Shown one piece after another: positions 12,440 through 24,759 of a stretch of 64,000 nucleotides of DNA. Source of the DNA: Fonticula alba ATCC 38817. Its lineage: Eukaryota; Protista; Nucleariida. Every line of letters starts with the position of its first letter. The first letter of the stretch is position 1. Made by a program: the position numbers and the translations under genes. Below the pieces are notes generated by a model that had not been told where the DNA came from, did no database searches, and saw only the letters and a list, made by a program, of their open reading frames with translations. The stretch lies in NCBI GenBank assembly GCA_000388065.2, contig KB932208.1; one strand, written 5' to 3'.

Positions 12440-15400
12440 AAGAGGGGGGGGGGGGGCCGCGGCAACATGTGTGGGGGTCCTTCAATTTCCNNNNNNNNNN
12501 NNNNNNNNNNNNNNNNNNNNNNNNNNNNNNNNNNNNNNNNNNNNNNNNNNNNNNNNNNNNNNNNNNNNNNNNNNNNNNNNNNNNNNNNNNNNNNNNNAGG
12601 TCGGGCAGCGGCGTGTCGCGGGGCAGCAGCAAGTGCTGGTAGCCTCCTTGGGAGGCATTCTCCCGGTGTTCGGTGGTGATGTTGGGGTGGGGGGGGGGGG
12701 GGGAGCGGGGGAGGAGGAGGAGGAAACAAGGAGCAGGAGGCAAGGCCAAGTCCAAGGACATGAAGGACGCACGCCGAACAGGGTCTTCTCGGGGAGGGTG
12801 GCGTCCCGCAAGCAGGTGGTGATGGCATGGAGGACGGTTTCGACGATCTGGTGCTGCGACTGAGCCAGAGCCCCCCGCTCGGAGGTCAGCATGAGGATGA
12901 TCTCCGATGCCTGGGCCCCGAGCGGGCCATACGCCGAGTGAAGGATCGGCTCGGAGCGCGTGTGGCTGAGAGAGCGCAACCGGGCGCGGTCCTGCTCGCG
13001 ATGGAGCTGGATCAGGAAGGACACCATCAGCGGGGTGGAGCACGCTTCATTGAGCGAATGCAGCAGCAGGTCGCGTGTGGCCACGGCCACGGCGATCGGC
13101 TGGCTGGTGGCCAGAAGCGAGTGCACCGACGCAAAGAAAGACTCCTTCAGGAGACCCAGCGAGCCGTCGGTCTCCATGGCAGCCACATTCAGGGCGAGTG
13201 CCAGCTCCTGGATAGGTGCCAAGCGCGACGGGCGGCAGGGGCGAGGGCGGATGCCAAGGGAGGGAGTCAGACCACCAGAGGGGAAGAGGGGATGACCATA
13301 AAGTGGCAACGTGTCCAGCAGGGCGAGGCCCATACCTCGGCATCAAGACCAGCCGGGTCATTGGCCCAGGAGTGCACGGTGTAGGCCCAGCTCTTGGCAA
13401 TGGTGGCCGCTCGAGAGGACAGGCGCCACATGGACGCGGCGGCGTAGCGGTTGAGCGCCGGCGCCGAGGTCAGGACATGGCGCACATCCGCCGGGAAGGC
13501 GCTCGACGAGGACAGCAGCGCCTTGAGGGCCGAGTGCCGGTCGGTGAAGGAGGCCAGCACACCAGAGCCATCGGCCTCCGGGGAGCCGTTCTCCCGTGGG
13601 GCATCCCCCCCGCGTGGGTGGCTCCGACTCCAAGGCGGATTCGACGCCAAGCCCAGGATGATGCGAGACATGAGCGACGCGGCGTTCGGCAGCTGCTCCA
13701 GATCCTCGGGGAAGCGAGCGATCATGCGCGCGGCGAAAATGAGCACCGAGCAGGCATGGCTCGGCTGGGTAGGAGGGGCGAGGGGCGAGGGGCGAGGGGG
13801 GGGGGGCACGTAGGGAAAGGCGCAATGGCAGGGTTAGCCGGGGAGAAGAGGGGCCAATGCGCGGAGAGGGTGTCTTGCGCACCAGGAAGGGTGGCTTTGA
13901 CAGGCAGGCCTGCTCAAAGCCGAAGGACGTCACGTCGCCACCGGCGGCGACCGACTGACCGCCGGCCGGGTCCCGAAGGAGATCTTCGAAGGAGTGTGCC
14001 TGCTGTTGGGTGGTCGAGAGGACCAGTGAGAGGACCAGCTCCAGGAGGAAAATACGGTTGAGCGTGCCATTTGCCACTGTTCCCGAAGCTGACGGGCTCA
14101 CCGGCGGCTGGGACAAAGCCTGGCCGCTTGGTGTGCTGATGATGCCAGGCGGGCTGTCCGCCTCGCTGGACATCGGCCGGTTTTGCTGAAGCGAGAAGAA
14201 AATGGGGATCTGAGGCGAGGAGCCGGTATGCTGCATGGATGGGTCCATGACCGGGTCTGCCATGGCCAAGGACAGCACCCCAAGCATCGAGCGAGGATCC
14301 GACAGGAGGAGGGCCCGCAGCCGCGGCGCTGGCATCCTACTGATGTTGGAAATGGTTGATGCTGTGTGGCTTTGCCGGTGAGCAGGCCGCGTATGCGTGC
14401 GGAAGGAGCAATAAGGTGGCAAGAGGACCCCCCCCCCCCCCCCCCCCCTTCCCCCCCCCCCCCCCCGCCCTCCTCTTCACTTTGGCCGTATCCGGCCGTG
14501 CAGCGTGCCCCGCAAGCCGGGCTGGCCGGAGAGACGCACCCGGGCAGGGGCCGCATGAGGCAATCTCATCGGCATCCAATGGTCCGCCAAGGAGCCAGTG
14601 GTAGAGGTCCACGCGCGGGTCGGGAGTCGCGTCCGAGAAGAAGGGGTTGAACTTGATCGGTGTCCCGGAGGGGGCCTCTGAGCATCAGCGCGGAGGGGGC
14701 GAAAAAAAAATAATAATGAGGAAGCAGCCAGCCAGGGCAAACGGGGCAAGGGAAGAGGACACAGGTAAGTTGCCAGCTCCCTGGGCGGGGCACGGGCAGG
14801 GGGTGTGGGGGCATCGGCACGAACCGCAGCCAGTCAGGATATTTGAAAGATAGAAGAAGAGGGCTCCCTCGGAGGAGGTGAGGTGGGCGAACTGGGCGTC
14901 CGGGAACTGCAGGTGCTCGCCAATGGCCGGCCGCACGACCGCACCACCGCCGCCGGCTGGGTCGCCGTCCTCCGGGGCCGCTGCAGACTGCAGCTTGCCC
15001 AGACGGCGCATGCGCATGGCCAAAAATTGCGTCCAGGCATTGGCCAGGCGCTTCCAGACACTTGGCATGGTGGACACACCGCCGCGCAGCATCATCCACC
15101 GGGCCGGAGCCACAACATCGGCCAGCAGGTCAATGGCACACAAACGGGCCAGCGCATTGTCCAGCAGGTATTGCTTCGACAGCTTGAGGGTCTCCTGCGG
15201 ATCGATGCGGATGGCCAGTGGCGCGGACAGCGCCAGCAGGGCCGGCTCCAGGCGGGAGATAGATTGCGACCGGACCAGGTGCTGGGAAAAGGCTGGGGGT
15301 TGAAGCAGCCGGGTCAGCCAGCGTCGGGGGAGCGGGGAGGGGGGGGGGGGAGGCAGGGAGGGAGGGAGGCAAACAGTGCGGATGCGCTTTCCTCCCCAGG

Positions 15401-18400
15401 GGGAGCACCAACCGGGCGCATCAGCCGGACGAGCAGGCACACATACCAGTAAAGGCGTCGGGAACCATCCACCCACGCAGACGACCATCCAGCAAGGCAG
15501 CCTCAACGGCGTCCCAGAAGGCAGCGCGCCAGCGAACGGCCCACTCGCGCGAAGTACCCGACCCGGCCATCTGCTGGTACTCGACATGGCCATCGGGATC
15601 ATCGGAGTCGGCAATCGCGAAGAACAGCTGGCGCAGGTCCCCGAGAACGAAGGCCGCCCCAAGATGGCTGGCCTCGAGGCCGCCGTCGCTGAAGGCCAAG
15701 TGACGCGAGGCATCACCGGCGGCAGGGGACCCGCCGGGCACCGGACCGGCGGCCCGCGGGTCGGCCGCATCCCACGCCGACAGGGCAGTGCCAACGGCCA
15801 CGGTCAGAATGAAACGGATGCGGGCCTCGCGCTCGGGCTGCGCCGCCGGGGCTTGCAGACGCCGGTCCACCCGGGCCCGATCCAGGGACAGGTTGGTGAA
15901 GGCCACCAGCAAGTCGCGCAACTCCTGGGACACCAGCCGCTGAAGGGCCTGGCTGACTGACAGCGGCGTCACCGGGGCCTGGCCCACCGGCGGGAGCTGA
16001 TCATACCGCGGGAGGCCCAGGGCTCGGACCCGGCCCGCGTGCAGGGCCAGCACCAGGGTCAGCGCATCGAAGACGCGCGTTCGCCGCAGGAGCGACTGCA
16101 CCCGCGACCGCCAATCCAGCGGGGTCAATGTCATCATGGACAGGTCTACGCGCGACCCGGTTGCGGGGCTGCCACTGTCGAACTCCGGACTGCTGGGACT
16201 CGAGTCGGCGCCCTCACTGGCTAGAGTCAGGTCGCCGATCAGCAGGTGGAGAGCCCCCCGGAAGGTGGTGATCACCGGCTGGTAATCGATCAGCAGGGAA
16301 TTCGGCGTGCCGGGGGGCTCGCTTGGGCTCATGTGCGCCGCGTGCCCCGGCCGGAGGGAGAAGAGCAGGCTTCCCCGGGCCAGAGAGCAGGCACCGGAAT
16401 ACTCCAACTGGACGCGAGCCACTTGACTCGCCCGGGGAAGGATGACACCACCGTCGGAATTGGCCAGAATGTGGCTGATGATCGGGTCGTCAACGTCATC
16501 AATGTCCAAGTGATCCTCCTCATTGCCCGCATGCCGGGGGAAGGGGATGTACTGGCGCAGGATGAGGCGCTCCTCGATGTCCATCACTCCGATCATCTGC
16601 ATCGGCGAAGGGCCAGGGAAAGGGGGGGGGGGGGAGAGGGGGGGGGGGGGGGGGGGGCGGAAGAGAGAGGGACAGGCGCGCCGGCGATGGCGGAAGGAAG
16701 GGCATGAGCGTGCTGAACGGGGGGGGGGGGGGGGGGAAGGGAGAAGCATAACAATACGAAAGGAGATCGGGACGAGGCGGGGAAAGCACAGAGCGCCACG
16801 CACCGTGGAGCTGATCCACCAAGCGCCAAGGCCGATGCGCTCGCACATGCGGGCGGCCGAAATGGCGAAAGCCAGAGGCTGGCCCACCACGGGGCCCGAG
16901 CTCCCAGGAGAGGAGAGGACGGAGGAGCTGGCTGAATGCGCCTGCGGGAATTGCGCCTCCACAACGAGCAGGAGGCGTCCCCAGTTGATCACCAGCGCCG
17001 GCGGCAGTGAAGGCTCTGCCGAGGGAAGTGCCCAGGTCGCGGTCAGGAACGCCGATGGGGCGATGAAGGGCGACGAAGGGCGATGAAAGGGAGGCAGCGA
17101 AAGGGGGGCGAGAAAACACACCATCACGCCAGCGGCAGGACACCAGATTGTGGGTTTTCAGCGAATCGTCACAGAGGGATCGATCAAGCGGCGGAAGGGG
17201 GGCCTTGAAAATGACCTGGGCATTGGGCTTCAGCGCGAGGATCGTGACCTAGACAGCCATCGGGGCGAGAGCGGGGGAGGGGGGGGGGGCGGTGGATGTG
17301 TCAAAAGACCGCGATACGTGGACAGAGAAAGAGCGCCGGGGCAGGGCAGGGGGAAGGGGTGGGGGGGGGGAGGGAAAGGGCCAAAGAGCATACCCCATTG
17401 GCCGAGCAGAAGGCAAGCAGGCACATCTGCGAGGCAATCCCCCAGAGTGGATGCATCGGAGCCTGGCTCACAACCCCGGTCTGACCAAAGCCGAGCGCCG
17501 CGGCGACCAGCAACGGCCCGGTGGCGATGTGCTGCGTGGAGACCGTCCAAACAGCCACCAAGCGGCTGATCGTGTGTACAGCACACTTGCCCGAGGCATC
17601 GGTCACCAAGATGTCATTCCCCTCATCGAGGCTGTGCTGCTCCGAGGAGAAGGGCACAAATTGCAGGTGTGTCACGGCTGGAGACAGAGCCACCGGGCCG
17701 CCCGGGCCCGACGGGCTGGCCGGCTGGGATGGGCGGAAGTCAAACGGAAAGCTGGAAAAGGCGCGCAGACGCGAGCTCGGCGAGGCGCTCAGCTCCGAGG
17801 CGGCGGCGGCGTCGTCTTCGGCCACGGACCCGGAGCTCGGGCTGGCGGAAAGGCGAGAGGCCTGGGAGGCAGTTCGCGACCGACCGAAGACATTGATCGC
17901 CGACAGGCCCGACGAGAGACTGGACTGGCTGCTGGCCGAGGGGGAAGGGCCGGCATCGGCCACATACCCGGGAGGGATGGAGGGGCCCGGGGTGGAGGCC
18001 GGGGAACCCGACTCGCCGGTCCACCCAGGCCGAGCATTTCCCTGTGTGGCATTGGTGACTGTGGCGCCGGCTGGCGGAGTGGAGAGGGGCTGAATGGTGC
18101 GAACGGATTTCCCGGTCACCAGGTCCCAGATGATGACATGCCCGGAGCGATAGCCCGAAGCACAGCGAGGCGCGATGGCTGACGGGTCGGTGGCCGGGCC
18201 GCGCGGCGCATGCAGGGCCAGCGCAGTCACCGGGCCGTAGGATGGCGATGTGGCTGGAGCGAGGAGCGTGGCAGAAACAGTGACAGACAAAGGGAGAGAG
18301 AGAGAGAGAGAGAGGAGGGGGGGGGGTCAGGACAGGGCAGGAAGGCAGACAGGCAGTCAAAGTGACCTGGGCGCACCGCCGGAGCTGCCGCGTGAATGCG

Positions 18401-20058
18401 TCCCCGGTGTGTCCATGCCGCCGCCGAGGAGCCAGCGCTGCTGTTGCTGGAAGTCGAAGATGATGACGAAGCCATGTGCCGTGCCGATGGCAATCCATCC
18501 CGGGGCAACCTGAACCGGAGGGGGGGGGGGGGCAGGAGATGGGTTAGCACATGGGAAGGGCGGGCATGCGTGGCCCCCGGCCCGAGGAAGAAGGTGTGGG
18601 GCATACCGCCAGGGCGGTCGGCGAGCCGAGGGTGTGGCGGCGACTGGCAGCGCCGGCCCAGGAAAAGGCCCGCTGCACTGGAGACCCGGAGGCCGGGGCC
18701 CGCGTGACGCGGGCTCCGCAGAGCTGTGCGCTGATCGACCGAAGGACCCGCCGGTAGATGGGCTCCGCGGCAGAGAGTGCCGCGCGCAGAGCCCGGTCAT
18801 CGAGCGATGCACACTGCCAGGATTCGGGCGCATCGGCCGATGCCAGGGCCTGGACAGACGTCATGGTGGATGCACTACCATCAACTGCCAGGGCATCCGG
18901 CGAGCGTCCAAGCGTCGGGTCCGGGTTCACCAGAGCCGCACTGAAGGAGGGCAGCAGCTGTGACTCGGACCCGACGGAGCCAATGGTGGAAGCGGAGCGC
19001 GAGCGCCCGGGGCCCTCATGGCCGGGCTCCTCGCGGATGGACATACGCCGGGTCCGGGCAGCAATGGCCGGGGCCAGGCGCGCCGCGGCCGCATGATCGC
19101 CGATGCCCTTCTGGGAGGCAGTCGAGATGCCCAGCTGGTCGTCGATGGCCACCACCATATCCAGATCCCGGGTGTAGGAGGAAGCCATGTTGTCGATCAG
19201 GGCAGCGGTGGCGGCGGCCGAGGCCGCTGGCGCCGGGCGCCCGGCCGAGGGGGCCCGGTCCCGCGGAGCCGGCGAAGCGCCCGTGCTATCGGGGATGCCC
19301 TCGTCGGCGGGGACACCTGGCGAGGAGGGCTCGGCGACATTGCTCAAAACGGATGCCAGATCCAGATCTGCCAGGCACCGGGGTGGGGGGGGGGGGAGGG
19401 GGCACAGCAGGAGGCACAGGATATTAGTCGGAGAAAGCGACGCTAGCGACCCGCGACGTACGTGCGGGCGTGCGGGCGTGCATGTGTGTGTGTGTGTGTG
19501 ATCGATGAGTGGTCCTATGAGGCCGCGAGAGAGGCACCACGACGTACCGGAGGAATTGGTGAACTGCTCACGGATGAGGATGCACGTTTGGATTTCATCC
19601 AGGAGCAGGCGCGCCTGGGACAAGTCCTCTGGCGCGGTCCGCGGCAGGCACCCGATCAGAGCCTGGAGCTCGGACTCGATGCGCGTCAGACTCTGGATGT
19701 CAACCTGCAGCGAGGCAGTCGAGCGTGAGGGAAGGTCATGCTCGGCATCTGAGTACAGTCGGACCAGGGTGACCAACTCGGGCAGCGACCGGGGGCCAGC
19801 GCGTGGGGTGTCATCTAATCCACAAATGCCGGAGAACACGACGCCAGGTGGGGAGACAGAGAGGGACTGAGGATCAGTATGATGCATCGGCGGNNNNNNN
19901 NNNNNNNNNNNNNNNNNGGGGGGCAGGCATGGGAAACAGTGGTCGAGGGTGTCACGGACTGGACTCGACGCCCAGGTCCCGAAAGACCGATGGTTGCATG
20001 TGTGCCTTCTCTGCCGGCGAGGGGGAGTGGGCAAGTTGCAGTTGGAAAGCACCGATGC
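10774..20058 (-). CDS. VPS8: Vacuolar protein sorting 8 (CORVET subunit), multi-exon; 5' end unresolved and may extend to ~20.5-20.8 kb
   Basis: Vps8-type segments: LRSISAQL...PTALAVAPGWIAIGTAHGFVIIFD, WD40 GPVTALAL...SGYRSGHVIIWDLVTGKSVRTI, ILALKPNAQV, DWRSRVQSLL...DALTLVLALHAG, YFELMCICEPGNV and PLEHALAITNKNGIAEASAYLL. Stop TAG at 10776-10774. Confidence 0.88.
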
Positions 20059-21517
20059 CTGCCGGGAGCCGAAGGCCAGGAGGCAGATGTGGGAGGGGGG
20101 AAGGGAGGGAGCGACGGAGCGCCCTTTAGCCGCGTGTGGGACTCAGTGCCGAGCAGTTAATTCGGGCGCGCCAGCGAGACCCACGGGAAAGGAGCGGCAG
20201 GGAAACTCAGAGGGATGGGGGGCGGAGCAGAAGGACCCAGGCGAGGGAGGCCGAGGAGGACAAGGTGGTGGCGGTGGTGGTGGTAGTGGTGGTGGTGGTG
20301 GTGGTGGTGGCGCCGGTGCAGGGGGAGGAGAGGGATGAGGAGAGAGTCGGGGGCCAACCGGCGGGAGAGATCTGTGGGAGAAAAATCCGAGGCCTCGTGC
20401 GCTCTCGGCTGGACGGACCTGCTAGCGCGTTGGTCTTGACGGGCTCGCTGGTCGGCGGCCTGAGTCAAGGCCCACACACTCCAGCGCATTAGCTCGCCGG
20501 CGATTGATGGCATGGAGGCGGGAGTGGAAGCTAGGGGAACAGAAAAAAAAACAACAACGCCCAATACCCGTGCCCCCCAATTAGCCGGACCTCTGGCGGT
20601 GGTGGTGGTGGTGGGGGAGCCGGGCAAGCCTTCTTCCTCGGTGACGAGAACACAGAAGCAACCGGAGAGGAGGGGGCCGCTGGGCGGGGAGAATGAGCGG
20701 ACAAGAAAGCTGGCATGCCGTGGAGCTGGCGGTCCGGCGCCGGAGGACGCCGATCCCCGCCGGCCGCGGTGTCACACGACAGTCAGGGCTGACATCGTCC
20801 GCATGTGATCTACGCGAGAAGAACCAACGCACTGCGCTCGGTTGCCGGGTGTGGGAGCGTCCCCAACGTGTGGGTCGCGGGGGCCCCCCCCCCCCCCCCC
20901 CCCCTGGCGTCGGGGTCCGCCTTTGGGCGCCGAGCGTGGGGCTGCCGGGGCCGGGGAGTGTAGGGCCATTCAGTCTGGACGGGGGGAGGTCCGGCAATCC
21001 TTCCCGGTGGGTGGGTGGGTGCGGACGAACGGGTCGGCGTGAGGACAGATGGAGGAGACGTAGACACAGATGTGTGGTCTTCGCCGCGTTCCTGGTCTCA
21101 GCCACCAGGCATTCGACCACGGGTGATTCATACCTCGCGGTTTCCCGCCCCCCCCCCCCGCCCCCGCCCCCTCAGGGGTGTGGAGAAAACCCGTTCATCC
21201 CTCCTCAGCGGGGGACGAGGACGCGATCGTGCCGGTCGACGAGGCAGTTGGCCAGATCTGCGGGGGGCCCCCTTCGCGGCCAGCCCCCCTCCCGGGGCGA
21301 GGCGACCGGCGCAAGCAGGCGGGGGCGAGGGAGGGGCGCGGGGGGGGGGGGGGGGCGCATATTTCGCTGCCCGGGCTCCCATGGCCCAGGAGGGTGCTCC
21401 TCGGTTCCGGGTAGCAAGCTGCTCCCCCCCCCCCTCACCTCCCCTTCTCTCGTGCCCCCTCCCACCACCCCCCCTTCCATCAGCTATCTGACTCGCAGCA
21501 TCAACGAATCGCAGACG

Positions 21518-22428
21518 ATGCTCTCGCGGTTTTCTTCTCTTGGCCTTTCGGCGGCGGTGCGCCGTGCGCCCGCGTCCCTGCGCGCCGGGCCCGCCCGGCC
21601 GGCCCAACGGGGCCTCGCCTCGGAGGCGGCTCCCCCGCCTCCCCCCCGTGGGAACTCGGATGCCCGGCAGCGGGCCGCCCGGGAGCAGTACTACTCCTCG
21701 CATCGGCAGGCCAACATCTCGGCGCTCTACTATGCCGGCGCCGTGGGTGTGGCTGTCTGTGGCCTGTCCTACGCGGCGGTCCCGCTGTATCGGATGTTCT
21801 GCGCGGTCACCGGTTTCGGAGGGACGCCAAAGACCGGGCACAATGCCGCTGCCCCGCCGAAGCCCACTTTTGATGAGAATGCCCGTGTTGTGAAGATCCA
21901 CTTCACCTCGGATGCCAGCGACAACCTTCGGTGGCGTTTCAAGCCTGTGCAGGGCACTGTATGTTAAGGACCCCCCTGGCTGCGCCTCCTTCCTCTCCCA
22001 TCCCCCTGGCCACGCATTCATCGGTTGCGCCCCCTGTTGCTGACTCCAGCCTCCTCCCTTCCTCCTCTCCGGGCTGCCCCTCGGTGACGGCACGAACAAT
22101 GCGATAGCTCCACCTGCGTGTGGGCGAGACGGCGCTGGCTTTCTACGAGGCTGAGAACCAATCTGGACGCGATGCGGTTGGCATTGCCACATACAATGTC
22201 ACGCCCAACAAGGCTGCCGAGTACTTCAACAAGATCCAATGCTTCTGCTTCGAGTATCAGCAGCTCCGGGCGGGCGAGCGTGTTGACATGCCGGTCTTCT
22301 TCTACATTGACCCGGAGTTCGCCAATGACCCGCGCATGAAGGACGTCGACACCATCATCCTGAGCTACTCCTTCTTCGAGAGCAAGCAGGGGCAGGCGCT
22401 GCTCAAGCAGGCGGGCATTGCCGCATAA
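21518..22428 (+). CDS. COX11: Cytochrome c oxidase copper chaperone Cox11/CtaG, 2 exons (21518-21958, 22108-22428)
   Basis: Arg/Ala-rich presequence, transmembrane segment ending SYAAVPLYRMFCAVTGFGGT, GETALAFY, copper-binding YFNKIQCFCF motif and DMPVFFYIDPEF. Confidence 0.97.
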
Positions 22429-22737
22429 ATATACCCCGGCTGCGGTTGCCGATAGACGTACTCCTTGCCATCCCCCCCCCCCCCCCCGCTCCGCCCTTTC
22501 GCCCCCTTTCCTCCCCCCCCCCCCCCCCCCCACACCCTGGCCCCCTCCCCCGGGGCCTGACCCCCACGATGCCCCTCCCTCGCCCTCTTTCGTGCATGGC
22601 GCCGCTCTTTTCTGACCCTGGCTCTCGTCCGGGCCCCGCCTTGGCGCCTTCACCCCCGCGTTCACCCTCCTCCCCCCCCCCTCCATCCCCCTTCGTTGCG
22701 ACTGGGCACATCCACATCTGGAAGTCATCGGCCGCAA

Positions 22738-22743
22738 AATAAA
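22738..22743 (+). terminator. Putative polyadenylation signal for COX11
   Basis: AATAAA about 310 nt after the stop codon, in otherwise GC-rich sequence. Confidence 0.4.
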
Positions 22744-23599
22744 TATAGACACACCATCGCGTGACCCCCCATCTCTGTCTCCCTCTGCCTCTCTCCCTGC
22801 ATCATTCCCAGCACGGGGCCAGCCCAGCTTGTCTCCGCCTTTCGTCCTTCCCCTCTGCCGGGTCACAGTGGGGCACACAACGGGAGTGGTAGAGGGATGG
22901 GATGCGAGTGCCGAAGCACACCCCCACCCCTCGCCTGTGGATCCACACACACACACACCCGCGCGCTGCATGTACGCCCGCCTCTCCTGGATGTGACTTG
23001 TGTCCTCCTCTTCGCCGACGTCTGGCCCTTTCACGTGCACATGTGCTCCGCGCGCCTCCACTGTCTCCCGTGAATACATACACAGGCCCTCGCTCGGATT
23101 TTCCTCCTCCTCACAAGTAAAACTGGCGAACCACATTGCACGGAGGGCGGCGGCGGAAGGGAGAGAGCGAGATTGGCACGAGAACCAGGGTGGGGGGGGG
23201 ATAGGAAAAAAAGGAAAATATATTTAGAGAAGACCAAAGCACAACAAGGTGGTGCGCAGACACACACCCCGGCTTCAAGACGGACACATGTGGATTCTCC
23301 CTCAAGGGCGTATTGTCAACTTTGACCGCGTGAGGCATGTGTGCGCGTGAGACCCCCCACAAGGCGCGACGGAAGGGGGTGGGGGGGGGGGGGAGCATAC
23401 AGGCACATGGGGCCACAGAGAAAGGGTGGAAGAGGGAGAGATGTGTATGCTCTCTGCGTATGCCCCCCTCTCGCGCGCAGATAGGAGGGGGGAAGGGGTC
23501 GCCCGCCCGCCCGCCCGCCCACCTGCAAGAGAGAGAGAGGGAGAGGCGCTTGTGTGCTTTTCGCTTTCGTGGGACTCTCTGCGCGCGCGCGCACGCCAC

Positions 23600-24649
23600 T
23601 TAGCGGGTGGAGAACATGATGCTGAGGAACTGCTCGTACTGCATGGTGGCGTAGCCGTTCTGGTTGGTGTCCAGAGCGCGGAACTGGTCGGTGAGCATGT
23701 GCATGGCGACGCAGATCTCGACGTAGTGGTCGAAGCGGATCTCCTGGCCGTAGTGGGAGTACTTGTAGGTGAGGAGGCTGACGAAGTTGTCGGAGACGTT
23801 GTACTGCAGGGACTTGAGGACACGCTTGAGCTCCTTGAAGCTGATGGAGTGAGAGCGGTCTGCGTGGTGGCGACGGGGGCGGGAGGGGGGGGGGGGGGGG
23901 GGGGGCAGAGAGGGAGGTCAGAGCAGGAAGGGGCATTTATGGGAAGGGGGAGAAAAGGGAGATGGGGAGCGGATGAAAGTGCCAAAGAATGTACGTACTG
24001 CGGTCGCACTCGTAGAAGACGTTGGACCAGGACTGGACGTAGCCCCACAGGGTCTGGTAGGAAGGAGGAGCGGGGGNNNNNNNNNNNNNNNNNNNNNNNN
24101 NNNNNNNNNNNNNNNNNNNNNNNNNNNNNNNNNNNNNNNNNNNNNNNNNNNNNNNNNNNNNNNNNNNNNNNNNNNNNNNNNNNNNNNNNNNNNNNNNNNN
24201 NNNNNNNNNNNNNNNNNNNNNNNNNNNNNNNNNNNNNNNNNNNNNNNNNNNNNNNNNNNNNNNNNNNNNNNNNNNNNGGGGAGGGGGGCGAGGAAGAGTG
24301 TGCGGTATGCCCGCGCGAGCGCGAGCGCAAGCCCATCGCCGTACCGGACAGTGCTGATGTCGAAGGGAGCCCAGCTGCCGTTGGACAGGCAGCGCTGGAG
24401 CTCATGGGCCTCGAGCTGGCCGGAGCGGTTGGAGTCGGCGGCCGAGAAGTAGCCCCAAAGCTGGTCGTGGAGGCTCATGGCAGGAGCGGGGTAGGGCTGG
24501 TGGTGGACAACGGGCGGGGGACCGTGGTGGTGGACAACGGTGGGGGGGCCATGGTGGTGGACGACAGTGGGGGGGGGAGCCGCGGCGTGGACGTGCACGG
24601 TGCGGGTGGGCGGGCGGTGGACGGTGACCTTGACAGAAGGGCGGAACAT
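23600..24649 (-). CDS. Penta-EF-hand Ca2+-binding protein (ALG-2/PDCD6, peflin family); exons 24649-24345, one exon lost in the N gap, 24053-23999, 23859-23600
   Basis: EF1 DSNRSGQLEAHELQRCLSNGSWAPFDISTVR, LWGYVQSWSNVFYECDRNRSHSISFKEL, FDHYVEIC and EF5 DTNQNGYATMQYEQFL. The phase mismatch across gap 24077-24277 fits a missing EF2 exon. Confidence 0.9.
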
Positions 24650-24751
24650 GGTTTCGAGAAAAGAAAAGGGAGGGGGAAACGAAACGGGGAAATGGACCTC
24701 TTTTCGTTGTGCTTCCAGGGCGTTGTTCCCTGGGCTCGGTGAACGGTGGCT

Positions 24752-24759
24752 CTTATATA
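24752..24759 (-). promoter_or_regulatory. TATA box of the penta-EF-hand gene
   Basis: TATATAAG on the minus strand, about 100 nt upstream of the ATG at 24649. Confidence 0.55.
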
